In this document: positions 13,731 to 28,900 of the stretch, piece after piece
Position numbering within the stretch: the stretch's first letter is position 1
Layout: each line of letters opens with the position of its first letter
Assembly: GCA_040954595.2 (NCBI GenBank)
Contig: CM082596.2
Location: 10,188,461 to 10,252,460, forward strand
Direction: 5' to 3'
Origin: Balanoglossus misakiensis
Taxonomy: Eukaryota; Animalia; Hemichordata
DNA: 64,000 nt
Program-made: the position numbers and the translations under genes
Notes under the pieces: generated by a model
The model's database searches: none
The model's input: only the letters and a program-made list of their open reading frames with translations
Told to the model about the DNA's origin: nothing

Positions 13731-14299
13731 GTCATTTTTTGATGATTTTCACCCATGATTTTTTTCAAAAATCGACAAAATTTTTAGATTTTGCAAAGTC
13801 GAAAATTTGTCATTTTTTGATTATTTTCACCCATGATTTTTTTCAAAAATCGACAAAATTTTTAGATTTTGCAAAGTCGAAAATTTGTCATTTTTTGATT
13901 ATTTTCACCATGATTTTTTTTTTAAAAATCGACGAAATTTTGAGATTTTGCAAAGACGAAAATTTGTCATTTATTAATGATTTTCACCCATGATTTTTTT
14001 TTTCAAAAATAGACAAAATTTTGAGATTTTGCAAAGTCGAAAATTTGTCATTTTTTGATGATTTTCACCATGATTTTTTTTTTAAAAATCGACGAAATTT
14101 TGAGATTTTGCAAAGTCGAAAATTTGTCATTTATTAATGATTTTCACCCATGATTTTTTTTTCAAAAATAGACAAAATTTTGAGATTTTGCAAAGTCGAA
14201 AATTTGTAATTTTTTGATGATTTTCACCCATGTTTTTTTCAAAATTGAACGAACCCATGATTTTTTTCAAAAATCGACGAAATTTTTAGATTTTGCAAA

Positions 14300-17200
14300 G
14301 TCGAAAATTTGTCATTTTTTGATGATTTTCACCCAAGACTTTTTTTCAAAAATTTACGAAATTTTGAGATTTTGCAAAGTCGAAAATTTGTCATTTTTTG
14401 ATGATTTTCACCCATGTTTTTTTTTTCAAAAATCGACGAAATTTTGAGATTTTGCAAATTCGAAAATTTGTAATTTTTTGATGATTTTCACCCATGTTTT
14501 TTTTCAAAAATCAACGAACCCATGATTTTTTTTCAAAAGAGGACAACATTTTGAGATTTTGCAAAGTCGAAAATTTGTCATTTTTTGATGATTTTCACCC
14601 ATGATTTTTTTCAAAAATCGACGAAATTTTGAGATTTTGCAAAGTCGAAAATTTGTCATTTTTTGATGATTTTCACCCATGATTTTTTTTCAAAAATCGA
14701 CGAAATTTTGAGATTTTGCAAAGTCGAAAATTTGTCATTTATTAATGATTTTCACCCATGATTTTTTTTCAAAAATCGACAAAATTTTGAGATTTTGCAA
14801 AGTCGAAAATTTGTAATTTTTTGATGATTTTCACCCATGTTTTTTTCAAAATTGAACGAACCCATGATTTTTTTCAAAAATCGACGAAATTTTGAGATTT
14901 TGCAAAGTCGAAAATTTGTCATTTTTTGATTATTTTCACACATGATTTTTTTCAAAAATCGACAAAATTTTGAGATTTTGCAAAGTCGAAAATTTGTCAT
15001 TTTTTGATGATTTTCACCCATGATTTTTTTTCAAAAATCGACGAAATTTTGAGATTTTGCAAAGTCGAAAATTTGTCATTTATTAATGATTTTCACCCAT
15101 GATTTTTTTTCAAAAATCGACAAAATTTTGAGATTTTGCAAAGTCGAAAATTTGTAATTTTTTGATGATTTTCACCCATGTTTTTTTCAAAATTGAACGA
15201 ACCCATGATTTTTTTCAAAAATCGACGAAATTTTGAGATTTTGCAAAGTCGAAAATTTGTCATTTTTTGATGATTTTCACACATGATTTTTTTCAAAAAT
15301 CGACAAAATTTTTAGATTTTGCAAAGTCGAAAATTTGTCATTTTTTGATTATTTTCACCCTTGATTTTTTTTTAAAAATCGACGAAATTTTGAGATTTTG
15401 CAAAGTCGAAAATTTGTCATTTATTAATGATTTTCACCCATGATTTTTTTTCAAAAATCGACAAAATTTTGAGATTTTGCAAAGTCGAAAATTTGTAATT
15501 TTTTGATGATTTTCACCCATGTTTTTTTTCAAAATTGAACGAACCCATGATTTTTTTCAAAAATCGACGAAATTTTGAGTATTTGCAAAGTCGAAAATTT
15601 GTCATTTTTTGATGATTTTCACCCATGATTTTTTTTCAAAAATCGACAAAATTTTTAGATTTTGCAAAGTCGAAAATTTGTCATTTTTTGATTATTTTCA
15701 CCCATGATTTTTTTCAAAAATCGACAAAATTTTTAGATTTTGCAAAGTCGAAAATTTGTCATTTTTTGATGATTTTCACCATGATTTTTTTTGAAAAATC
15801 GACGAAATTTTGAGATTTTGCAAAGACGAAAATTTGTCATTTTTTGATGATTTTCACCCATGATTTTTTTTCAAAAATGTACGAAATTTTGAGATTTTGC
15901 AAAGTCGAAAATTTGTCATTTTTTGATGATTTTCACCCATGATTTTTTTCAAAAATCGACAAAATTTTGAGATTTTGCAAAGACGAAAATTTGTCATTTT
16001 TTGATGATTTTCACCCATGATTTTTTTCAAAAGTCGACGAAATTTTGAGATTTTGCAAAGACAAAATTTTTTCATTTTTTGATGATTTTCACCCGTGATT
16101 TTTTTCAAAAATAGACAAAATTTTGAGATTTTGCAAAGTCGAAAATTTGTAATTTTTTGATGATTTTCACCCATGTTTTTTTTCAAAAATCAACGAACCC
16201 ATGATTTTTTTTCAAAAGAGGACAAAATTTTGAGATTTTGCAAAGTCGAAAATTTGTCATTTTTTGATGATTTTCACCCATGATTTTTTTTTCAAAAATC
16301 GACGAAATTTTGAGATTTTGCAAAGTCGAAAATTTGTCATTTATTAATGATTTTCACCCATGATTTTATTTCAAAAATCGACAAAATTTTGAGATTTTGC
16401 AAAGTCGAAAATTTGTAATTTTTTGATGATTTTCACCCATGTTTTTTTTCAAAATTGAACGAACCCATGATTTTTTTCAAAAATCGACGAAATTTTGAGA
16501 TTTTGCAAAGTCGAAAATTTGTCATTTTTTCATGATTTTCACCCAAGACTTTTTTTCAAAAATTTACGAAATTTTGAGATTTTGCAAAGTCGAAAATTTG
16601 TCATTTTTTGATGATTTTCACCCATGTTTTTTTTTTCAAAAATCGACGAAATTTTGAGATTTTGCAAATTCGAAAATTTGTAATTTTTTGATGATTTTCA
16701 CCCATGTTTTTTTTCAAAAATCAACGAACCCATGATTTTTTTTCAAAAGAGGACAACATTTTGAGATTTTGCAAAGTCGAAAATTTGTCATTTTTTGATG
16801 ATTTTCACCCATGATTTTTTTCAAAAATCGACGAAATTTTGAGATTTTGCAAAGTCGAAAATTTGTCATTTTTTGATGATTTTCACCCATGATTTTTTTT
16901 CAAAAATCGACGAAATTTTGAGATTTTGCAAAGTCGAAAATTTGTCATTTATTAATGATTTTCACCCATGATTTTTTTTCAAAAATCGACAAAATTTTGA
17001 GATTTTGCAAAGTCGAAAATTTGTAATTTTTTGATGATTTTCACACATGTTTTTTTCAAAATTGAACGAACCCATGATTTTTTTCAAAAATCGACGAAAT
17101 TTTGAGATTTTGCAAAGTCGAAAATTTGTCATTTTTTGATTATTTTCACACATGATTTTTTTCAAAAATCGACAAAATTTTGAGATTTTGCAAAGTCGAA

Positions 17201-18720
17201 AATTTGTCATTTTTTGATGATTTTCACCCATGATTTTTTTTCAAAAATCGACGAAATTTTGAGATTTTGCAAAGTCGAAAATTTGTCATTTATTAATGAT
17301 TTTCACCCATGATTTTTTTTCAAAAATCGACAAAATTTTGAGATTTTGCAAAGTCGAAAATTTGTAATTTTTTGATGATTTTCACCCATGTTTTTTTCAA
17401 AATTGAACGAACCCATGATTTTTTTCAAAAATCGACGAAATTTTGAGATTTTGCAAAGTCGAAAATTTGTCATTTTTTGATGATTTTCACACATGATTTT
17501 TTTCAAAAATCGACAAAATTTTTAGATTTTGCAAAGTCGAAAATTTGTCATTTTTTGATTATTTTCACCCATGATTTTTTTTTAAAAATCGACGAAATTT
17601 TGAGATTTTGCAAAGTCGAAAATTTGTCATTTATTAATGATTTTCACCCATGATTTTTTTTCAAAAATCGACAAAATTTTGAGATTTTGCAAAGTCGAAA
17701 ATTTGTAATTTTTTGATGATTTTCACCCATGTTTTTTTTCAAAATTGAACGAACCCATGATTTTTTTCAAAAATCGACGAAATTTTGAGTATTTGCAAAG
17801 TCGAAAATTTGTCATTTTTTGATGATTTTCACCCATGATTTTTTTCAAAAATCGACAAAATTTTTAGATTTTGCAAAGTCGAAAATTTGTCATTTTTTGA
17901 TTATTTTCACCCATGATTTTTTTCAAAAATCGACAAAATTTTTAGATTTTGCAAAGTCGAAAATTTGTCATTTTTTGATGATTTTCACCATGATTTTTTT
18001 TGAAAAATCGACGAAATTTTGAGATTTTGCAAAGACGAAAATTTGTCATTTTTTGATGATTTTCACCCATGATTTTTTTTCAAAAATGTACGAAATTTTG
18101 AGATTTTGCAAAGTCGAAAATTTGTCATTTTTTGATGATTTTCACCCATGATTTTTTTCAAAAATCGACAAAATTTTGAGATTTTGCAAAGACGAAAATT
18201 TGTCATTTTTTGATGATTTTCACCCATGATTTTTTTCAAAAGTCGACGAAATTTTGAGATTTTGCAAAGACAAAATTTTTTCATTTTTTGATGATTTTCA
18301 CCCGTGATTTTTTTCAAAAATAGACAAAATTTTGAGATTTTGCAAAGTCGAAAATTTGTAATTTTTTGATGATTTTCACCCATGTTTTTTTTCAAAAATC
18401 AACGAACCCATGATTTTTTTTCAAAAGAGGACAAAATTTTGAGATTTTGCAAAGTCGAAAATTTGTCATTTTTTGATGATTTTCACCCATGATTTTTTTT
18501 TCAAAAATCGACGAAATTTTGAGATTTTGCAAAGTCGAAAATTTGTCATTTATTAATGATTTTCACCCATGATTTTATTTCAAAAATCGACAAAATTTTG
18601 AGATTTTGCAAAGTCGAAAATTTGTAAGTTTTTGATGATTTTCACCGATGTTTTTTTTCAAAATTGAACGAACCCATGATTTTTTTCAAAAATCGACGAA
18701 ATTTTGAGATTTTGCAAAGT
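14300..18720. repeat. Tandem duplication of a ~2210-bp higher-order block
   Basis: ORF pairs 14752/16962, 15093/17303 and 15854/18063. Diagnostic GAGTATTTGC at 15577 and 17787. Confidence 0.9.
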
Positions 18721-21700
18721 CGAAAATTTGTCATTTTTTGATGATTTTCACCCATGATTTTTTTCAAAAATCGACAAAATTTTTAGATTTTGCAAAGTCG
18801 AAAATTTGTCATTTTTTGATTATTTTCACCCATGATTTTTTTCAAAAATCGACAAAATTTTTAGATTTTGCAAAGTCGAAAATTTGTCATTTTTTGATGA
18901 TTTTCACCATGATTTTTTTTTTAAAAATCGACGAAATTTTGAGATTTTGCAAAGACGAAAATTTGTCATTTTTTGATGATTTTCACCCATGTTTTTTTTC
19001 AAAAATCAACGAACCCATGATTTTTTTTCAAAAAAGGACAAAATTTTGAGATATTGCAAAGTCGAAAATTTGTCATTTATTAATGATTTTCACCCATGAT
19101 TTTTTTTCAAAAATCGACAAAATTTTTAGATTTTGCAAAGTCGAAAATTTGTCATTTTTTGATGATTTTCAAAATGATTTTTTTTTAAAAAATCGACGAA
19201 ATTTTGAGATTTTGCAAAGTAGAAAATTTGTCATTTTTTGATGATTTTCACCCATGATTTTTTTAAAAAATCGACGAAATTTTGAGATTTTGCAAAGTCG
19301 AAAATTTGTCATTTTTTGATGATTTTCACCCATGATTTTTTTTTCAAAAACCGACAAAATTTTGAGATTTTGCAAAGTCGAAAATTTGTCATTTTTTGAT
19401 TATTTTCACCCATGATTTTTTTCAAAAATCGACAAAATTTTTAGATTTTGCAAAGTCGAAAATTTGTCATTTTTTGATGATTTTCACCATGATTTTTTTT
19501 TAAAAAATCGACGAAATTTTGAGATTTTGCAAAGTCGAAAATTTGTCATTTTTTGATGATTTTCACCCATGATTTTTTTCAAAAATCGACGAAATTTGAG
19601 ATTTTGCAAAGTCGAAAATTTGTCATTTTTTGATGATTTTCACCCATGATTTTTTTCAAAAATCGACAAAATTTTGAGATTTTGCAAAGTCGAAAATTTG
19701 TCATTTTTTGATGATTTTCACCCATGATTTTTCTCAAAAATCGACGAAATTTTGAGATTTTGCAAAGTCGAAAATTTGTCATTTTTTGATGATTTTCACC
19801 CATGATTTTTTTTCAAAAATCGACGAAATTTTGAGATTTTGCAAAGTCGAAAATTTGTAATTTTTTGATGATTTTCACCCATGTTTTTTTTCAAAATTGA
19901 ACGAACCCATGATTTTTTTCAAAAATCGACGAAATTTTGAGATTTTGCAAAGACGAAAATTTGTAATTTTTTGATGATTATCACCCATGTTTTTTTTCAA
20001 AATTGAACGAACCCATGATTTTTTTCAAAAATCGACGAAATTTTTAGATTTTGCAAAGTCGAAAATTTGTCATTTTTTGATGATTTTCACCCATGATTTT
20101 TCTCAAAAATCGACGAAATTTTGAGATTTTGCAAAGTCGAAAATTTGTCATTTTTTGATGATTTTTACCCATGATTTTTTTTTTCAAAAATCGACGAAAT
20201 TTTGAGATTTTGCAAAGACGAAAATTTGTAATTTTTTGATGATTTTCACCCATGACTTTTTTTCAAAAGTCGACGAAATTTTGAGATTTTGCAAAGACAA
20301 AATTTTTTAATTTTTTGATGATTTTCACCCGTGATTTTTTTCAAAAATAGACAAAATTTTGAGATTTTGCAAAGTCGAAAATTTGTAATTTTTTGATGAT
20401 TTTCACTCATGATTTTTCTCAAAAATCGACGAAATTTTGAGATTTTGCAAAGTCGAAAATTTGTCATTTTTTGATGATTTTTACCCATGATTTTTTTTTT
20501 CAAAAATCGACGAAATTTTGAGATTTTGCAAAGACGAAAATTTGTAATTTTTTGATGATTTTCACCCATGACTTTTTATCAAAAATTTACGAAATTTTGA
20601 GATTTTGCAAAGTCGAAAATTTGTCATTTTTTGATGATTTTCACCCATGTTTTTTTTTTCAAAAATCGACGAAATTTTGAGATTTTGCAAATTCGAAAAT
20701 TTGTAATTTTTTGATGATTTTCACCCATGTTTTTTTTCAAAAATCAACGAACCCATGATTTTTTTTTCAAAAAAGGACAACATTTTGAGATTTTGCAAAG
20801 TCGAAAATTTGTCATTTATTAATGATTTTCACCCATGATTTTTTTTCAAAAATCGACAAAATTTTGAGATTTTGCAAAGTCGAAAATTTGTAATTTTTTG
20901 ATGATTTTCACCCATGTTTTTTTTCAAAATTGAACGAACCCATGATTTTTTTCAAAAATCGACGAAATTTTGAGTATTTGCAAAGTCGAAAATTTGTCAA
21001 TTTTTGATGATTTTCACCCATGATTTTTTTCAAAAATCGACAAAATTTTTAGATTTTGCAAAGTCGAAAATTTGTCATTTTTTGATTATTTTCACCCATG
21101 ATTTTTTTCAAAAATCGACAAAATTTTTAGATTTTGCAAAGTCGAAAATTTGTCATTTTTTGATGATTTTCACCATGATTTTTTTTGAAAAATCGACGAA
21201 ATTTTGAGATTTTGCAAAGACGAAAATTTGTCATTTTTTGATGATTTTCACCCATGATTTTTTTTCAAAAATGTACGAAATTTTGAGATTTTGCAAAGTC
21301 GAAAATTTGTCATTTTTTGATGATTTTCACCCATGATTTTTTTCAAAAATCGACAAAATTTTGAGATTTTGCAAAGACGAAAATTTGTCATTTTTTGATG
21401 ATTTTCACCCATGATTTTTTTCAAAAGTCGACGAAATTTTGAGATTTTGCAAAGACAAAATTTTTTCATTTTTTGATGATTTTCACCCGTGATTTTTTTC
21501 AAAAATAGACAAAATTTTGAGATTTTGCAAAGTCGAAAATTTGTAATTTTTTGATGATTTTCACCCATGTTTTTTTTCAAAAATCAACGAACCCATGATT
21601 TTTTTTCAAAAGAGGACAAAATTTTGAGATTTTGCAAAGTCGAAAATTTGTCATTTTTTGATGATTTTCACCCATGATTTTTTTTTCAAAAATCGACGAA

Positions 21701-24000
21701 ATTTTGAGATTTTGCAAAGTCGAAAATTTGTCATTTATTAATGATTTTCACCCATGATTTTATTTCAAAAATCGACAAAATTTTGAGATTTTGCAAAGTC
21801 GAAAATTTGTAATTTTTTGATGATTTTCACCCATGTTTTTTTTCAAAATTGAACGAACCCATGATTTTTTTCAAAAATCGACGAAATTTTGAGATTTTGC
21901 AAAGTCGAAAATTTGTCATTTTTTGATGATTTTCACCCATGATTTTTTTCAAAAATCGACAAAATTTTTAGATTTTGCAAAGTCGAAAATTTGTCATTTT
22001 TTGATTATTTTCACCCATGATTTTTTTCAAAAATCGACAAAATTTTTAGATTTTGCAAAGTCGAAAATTTGTCATTTTTTGATGATTTTCACCATGATTT
22101 TTTTTTTAAAAATCGACGAAATTTTGAGATTTTGCAAAGACGAAAATTTGTCATTTTTTGATGATTTTCACCCATGTTTTTTTTCAAAAATCAACGAACC
22201 CATGATTTTTTTTCAAAAAAGGACAAAATTTTGAGATATTGCAAAGTCGAAAATTTGTCATTTATTAATGATTTTCACCCATGATTTTTTTTCAAAAATC
22301 GACAAAATTTTTAGATTTTGCAAAGTCGAAAATTTGTCATTTTTTGATGATTTTCAAAATGATTTTTTTTTAAAAAATCGACGAAATTTTGAGATTTTGC
22401 AAAGTAGAAAATTTGTCATTTTTTGATGATTTTCACCCATGATTTTTTTAAAAAATCGACGAAATTTTGAGATTTTGCAAAGTCGAAAATTTGTCATTTT
22501 TTGATGATTTTCACCCATGATTTTTTTTTCAAAAACCGACAAAATTTTGAGATTTTGCAAAGTCGAAAATTTGTCATTTTTTGATTATTTTCACCCATGA
22601 TTTTTTTCAAAAATCGACAAAATTTTTAGATTTTGCAAAGTCGAAAATTTGTCATTTTTTGATGATTTTCACCATGATTTTTTTTTAAAAAATCGACGAA
22701 ATTTTGAGATTTTGCAAAGTCGAAAATTTGTCATTTTTTGATGATTTTCACCCATGATTTTTTTCAAAAATCGACGAAATTTGAGATTTTGCAAAGTCGA
22801 AAATTTGTCATTTTTTGATGATTTTCACCCATGATTTTTTTCAAAAATCGACAAAATTTTGAGATTTTGCAAAGTCGAAAATTTGTCATTTTTTGATGAT
22901 TTTCACCCATGATTTTTCTCAAAAATCGACGAAATTTTGAGATTTTGCAAAGTCGAAAATTTGTCATTTTTTGATGATTTTCACCCATGATTTTTTTTCA
23001 AAAATCGACGAAATTTTGAGATTTTGCAAAGTCGAAAATTTGTAATTTTTTGATGATTTTCACCCATGTTTTTTTTCAAAATTGAACGAACCCATGATTT
23101 TTTTCAAAAATCGACGAAATTTTGAGATTTTGCAAAGACGAAAATTTGTAATTTTTTGATGATTTTCACCCATGTTTTTTTTTCAAAATTGAACGAACCC
23201 ATGATTTTTTTCAAAAATCGACGAAATTTTTAGATTTTGCAAAGTCGAAAATTTGTCATTTTTTGATGATTTTCACCCATGATTTTTCTCAAAAATCGAC
23301 GAAATTTTGAGATTTTGCAAAGTCGAAAATTTGTCATTTTTTGATGATTTTTACCCATGATTTTTTTTTTCAAAAATCGACGAAATTTTGAGATTTTGCA
23401 AAGACGAAAATTTGTAATTTTTTGATGATTTTCACCCATGACTTTTTTTCAAAAGTCGACGAAATTTTGAGATTTTGCAAAGACAACATTTTTTAATTTT
23501 TTGATGATTTTCACCCGTGATTTTTTTCAAAAATAGACAAAATTTTGAGATTTTGCAAAGTCGAAAATTTGTAATTTTTTGATGATTTTCACCCATGATT
23601 TTTCTCAAAAATCGACGAAATTTTGAGATTTTGCAAAGTCGAAAATTTGTCATTTTTTGATGATTTTTACCCATGATTTTTTTTTTCAAAAATCGACGAA
23701 ATTTTGAGATTTTGCAAAGACGAAAATTTGTAATTTTTTGATGATTTTCACCCATGACTTTTTTTCAAAAATTTACGAAATTTTGAGATTTTGCAAAGTC
23801 GAAAATTTGTCATTTTTTGATGATTTTCACCCATGTTTTTTTTTTCAAAAATCGACGAAATTTTGAGATTTTGCAAATTCGAAAATTTGTAATTTTTTGA
23901 TGATTTTCACCCATGTTTTTTTTCAAAAATCAACGAACCCATGATTTTTTTTTCAAAAAAGGACAACATTTTGAGATTTTGCAAAGTCGAAAATTTGTCA
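17630..24000. repeat. Tandem duplication of a ~3185-bp higher-order block, overlapping the 2210-bp duplication
   Basis: ORF pairs 17819/21004, 18063/21248, 18738/21923, 19169/22354, 19579/22764 and 20246/23432. GAGTATTTGC at 17787 and 20972. Confidence 0.9.
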
Positions 24001-24669
24001 TTTTTTGATGATTTTCACCCATGATTTTTCTCAAAAATCGACGAAATTTTGAGATTTTGGAAAGTCGAAAATTTGTCATTTTTTGATGATTTTCACCCAT
24101 GATTTTTTTTCAAAAATTGACGAAATTTTGAGATTTTGCAAAGTCGAAAATTTGTCATTTATTAATGATTTTCACCCATGATTATTTTTCAAAAATCGAC
24201 AAAATTTTGAGATTTTGCGAAGTCGAAAATTTGTAATTTTTTGATGATTTTCACCCATGTTTTTTTTCAAAATTGAACGAACCCATGATTTTTTTCAAAA
24301 ATCGACAAAATTTTTAGATTTTGCAAAGTCGAAAATTTGTCATTTTTTGATGATTTTCACCCATGATTTTTTTTCAAAAATGTACGAAATTTTGAGATTT
24401 TGCAAAGTCGAAAATTTGTCATTTTTTGATGATTTTCACCCATGATTTTTTTCAAAAATCGACAAAATTTTGAGATTTTGCAAAGACGAAAATTTGTCAT
24501 TTTTTGATGATTTTCACCCATGATTTTTTTCAAAAGTCGACGAAATTTTGAGATTTTGCAAAGACAAAAATTTTTCATTTTTTGATGATTTTCACCCGTG
24601 ATTTTTTTCAAAAATCGACAAAATTTTGAGATTTTGCAAAGTCAAAAATTTGACATTTTTTGATGATTT

Positions 24670-25980
24670 TCACCCATTTTTTTTTTCAAAAATCAACGAC
24701 CCATGATTTTTTCTCAAAAATCGACGAAATTTAGAGATTTTGCAAAGTCGAAAATTTGTCATTTCTTAATGATTTTCACCCATGTTTTTTTTCAAAAATC
24801 GACAAAATTTTGAGATTTTGCAAAGTCGAAAATTTGTAATTTTTTGATGATTTTCACCAATGTTTTTTTTTAAAAATCAACGAACCCATGATTTTTTTCA
24901 AAAATTGACAACATTTTGAGATTTTGCAAAGTCGAAAATTTGTCATTTTTTGATGATTTTCACCCATGATTTTTTTCAAAAATCGACGAAATTTTGAGAT
25001 TTTGCAAAGTCGAAAATTTGTCATTTTTTGATGATTTTCACCCATGATTTTTTTTTCAAAAACCGACAAAATTTTGAGATTTTGCAAAGTCGAAAATTTG
25101 TCATTTTTTGATTATTTTCACCCATGATTTTTTTCAAAAATCGACAAAATTTTTAGATTTTGCAAAGTCGAAAATTTGTCATTTTTTGATGATTTTCACC
25201 ATGATTTTTTTTTAAAAAATCGACGAAATTTTGAGATTTTGCAAAGTCGAAAATTTGTCATTTTTTGATGATTTTCACCCATGATTTTTTTCAAAAATCG
25301 ACGAAATTTGAGATTTTGCAAAGTCGAAAATTTGTCATTTTTTGATGATTTTCACCCATGATTTTTTTCAAAAATCGACGAAATTTTGAGATTTTGCAAA
25401 TTCGAAAATTTGTAATTTTTTGATGATTTTCACCCATGTTTTTTTTCAAAAATCAACGAACCCATGATTTTTTTTTCAAAAATCGACCAAATTTTGGGAT
25501 TTTGCAAAGACGAAAATTTGTCATTTTTTGATGATTTTCACCCATTTTTTTTTTCAAAAATCAACGACCCATGATTTTTTTTCAAAAATCGACGAAATTT
25601 AGAGATTTTGCAAAGTCGAAAATTTGTCATTTCTTAATGATTTTCACCCATGTTTTTTTTTAAAAATCGACAAAATTTTGAGATTTTGCAAAGTCGAAAA
25701 TTTGTAATTTTTTGATGATTTTCACCAATGTTTTTTTTTAAAAATCAACGAACCCATGATTTTTTTCAAAAATTGACAACATTTTGAGATTTTGCAAAGT
25801 CGAAAATTTGTCATTTTTTGATGATTTTCACCCATGATTTTTTTCAAAAATCGACGAAATTTTGAGATTTTGCAAAGTCGAAAATTTGTCATTTTTTGAT
25901 GATTTTCACCCATGATTTTTTTTTCAAAAACCGACAAAATTTTGAGATTTTGCAAAGTCGAAAATTTGTCATTTTTTGAT
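24670..25980. repeat. Local duplication, offset ~868 bp
   Basis: Identical ORFs at 24854/25722. The variant series CAACGACCC, TTTCTTAAT, CACCAATG, AACCGAC occurs in both copies. Confidence 0.8.
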
Positions 25981-28900
25981 GATTTTCACCCATGATTTTT
26001 TTCAAAAATCTACGAAATTTTGAGATTTTGCAAAGTCGAAAATTTGTCATTTTTTGATGATTTTCACCCATGATTTTTTTTCAAAAATCGACGAAATTTG
26101 AGATTTTGCAAATTCGAAAATTTGTAATTTTTTGATGATTTTCACCCTTTTTTTTCAAAAATCAACGAACCCATGATTTTTTTTCAAAAATCGACAAAAT
26201 TTTGAGATTTTGCAAAGCCGAAAATTTGTCATTTTTTGATGATTTTCACCCATGATTTTTCTCAAAAATCGACGAAATTTTGAGATTTTGCAAAGTCGAA
26301 AATTTTTCATTTTTTGATGATTTTCACCCATGATTTTTTTCAAAAATCTACGAAATTTTGAGATTTTGCAAAGTCGAAAATTTGTCATTTTTTGATGATT
26401 TTCACCCATGATTTTTTTCAAAAATCTGCGAAATTTTGAGATTTTGCAAAGTCGAAAATTTGTCATTTATTAATGATTTTCACCCATGATTTTTTTTCAA
26501 AAATCGACAAAATTTTGAGATTTTGCAAAGTCGAAAATTTGTAATTTTTTGATGATTTTCACCCATGTTTTTTTTCAAAAATCAACGAACCCATGATTTT
26601 TTTCAAAAATCGACAACATTTTGAGATTTTGCAAAGTCGAAAATTTGTCATTTTTTGATGATTTTCACCCATGATTTTTCTCCAAAATCGACGAAATTTT
26701 GAGATTTTGCAAAGTCGAAAATTTGTCATTTTTTGATGATTTTCACCCATGATTTTTTTTCAAAAATCTGCGAAATTTTGAGATTTTGCAAAGTCGAAAA
26801 TTTGTCATTTTTTGATGATTTTCACCCGTGATTTTTTTTCAAAAAATCGACGAAATTTTGAGATTTTGCAAAGTCGAAAATTTGTCATTTTTTGATGATT
26901 TTCACCCGTGATTTTTTTTCAAAAATCGACGAAATTTTGAGATTTTGCAAAGTCGAAAATGTGTCATTTTTTGATGATTTTCACCCATGATTTTTTTCAA
27001 AAATCGACGAAATTTGATATTTTGCAAAGTCGAAAATTTGTCATTTTTTGATGATTTTCACCCATGATTTTTTTTCAAAAATCGACGAAATTTTGAGATT
27101 TTGCAAAGTCGAAAATTTGTCAATTTTTGATGATTTTCACCCATGATTTTTCTCAAAAATCGACGAAATTTTGAGATTTTGCAAAGTCGAAAATTTGTCA
27201 TTTTTTGATGATTTTCACCCATGTTTTTTTCAAAATTGAACGAACCCATGATTTTTTTCAAAAATCGACGAAATTTTGAGATTTTGCAAAGTAGAAAATT
27301 TGTCATTTTTTGATGATTTTCACCCATGATTTTTTTCAAAAATCGACGAAATTTTGAGATTTTGCAAAGTCGAAAATTTGTCATTTTTTGATTATTTTCA
27401 CCCATGATTTTTTTCAAAAATCAACGAACCCATGATTTTTTTTCAAAAATCGACAAAATTTTGAGATTTTGCAAAGTCGAAAATTTGTCATTTTTTGATG
27501 ATTTTCACCCATGATTTTTCTCAAAAATCGACGAAATTTTGATATTTTGCAAAGTCGAAAATTTGTCATTTTTTGATGATTTTCACCCATGATTTTTTTT
27601 CAAAAATCGACGAAATTTTGAGATTTTGCAAAGTCGAAAATTTGTCATTTATTAATGATTTTCACCCATGATTATTTTTCAAAAATCGACAAAACTTTGA
27701 GATTTTGCAAAGTCGAAAATTTGTCATTTTTTGATGATTTTCACCCATGATTTTTTTTTTCAAAAAATCGACACAATTTTGAGATTTTGCAAAGTCGAAA
27801 ATGTGTCATTTTTTGATGATTTTCACCCATGATTTTTTTCAAAAATCGACGAAATTTGAGATTTTGCAAAGTCGAAAATTTGTCATTTTTTGATGATTTT
27901 CACCCATGATTTTTTTTCAAAAATCGACGAAATTTTGAGATTTTGCAAAGTCGAAAATTTGTCATTTTTTGATGATTTTCACCCATGTTTTTTTTCAAAA
28001 TTGAACGAACCCATGATTTTTTTCAAAAATCGACAAAATTTTTAGATTTTGCAAAGTCGAAAATTTGTCATTTTTTGATGATTTTCACCCATGATTTTTT
28101 TTCAAAAATGTACGAAATTTTGAGATTTTGCAAAGTCGAAAATTTGTCATTTTTTGATGATTTTCACCCATGATTTTTTTTCAAAAATCGACAAAATTTT
28201 GAGATTTTGCAAAGACGAAAATTTGTCATTTTTTGATGATTTTCACCCATGATTTTTTTCAAAAGTCGACGAAATTTTGAGATTTTGCAAAGACAAAAAT
28301 TTTTCATTTTTTGATGATTTTCACCCGTGATTTTTTTCAAAAATCGACAAAATTTTGAGATTTTGCAAAGTCGAAAATTTGACATTTTTTGATGATTTTC
28401 ACCCATGTTTTTTTTCAAAAATCAACGACCCATGATTTTTTTTCAAAAATCGACGAAATTTAGAGATTTTGCAAAGTCGAAAATTTGTCATTTCTTAATG
28501 ATTTTCACCCATGTTTTTTTTTCAAAAATCGACAACATTTTGAGATTTTGCAAAGTCGAAAATTTGTCATTTTTTGATGATTTTCACCCATGATTTTTTT
28601 CAAAAATCGACGAAATTTTGAGATTTTGCAAAGTCGAAAATTTGTCATTTTTTGATGATTTTCACCCATGATTTTTTTCAAAAATCGACAAAATTTTTAG
28701 ATTTTGCAAAGTCGAAAATTTGTCATTTTTTGATGATTTTCACCATGATTTTTTTTTTAAAAATCGACGAAATTTTGAGATTTTGCAAAGTCGAAAATTT
28801 GTCATTTTTTGATGATTTTCACCCATGATTTTTTTGAAAAATCGACGAAATTTGAGATTTTGCAAAGTCGAAAATTTGTCATTTTTTGATGATTTTCACC

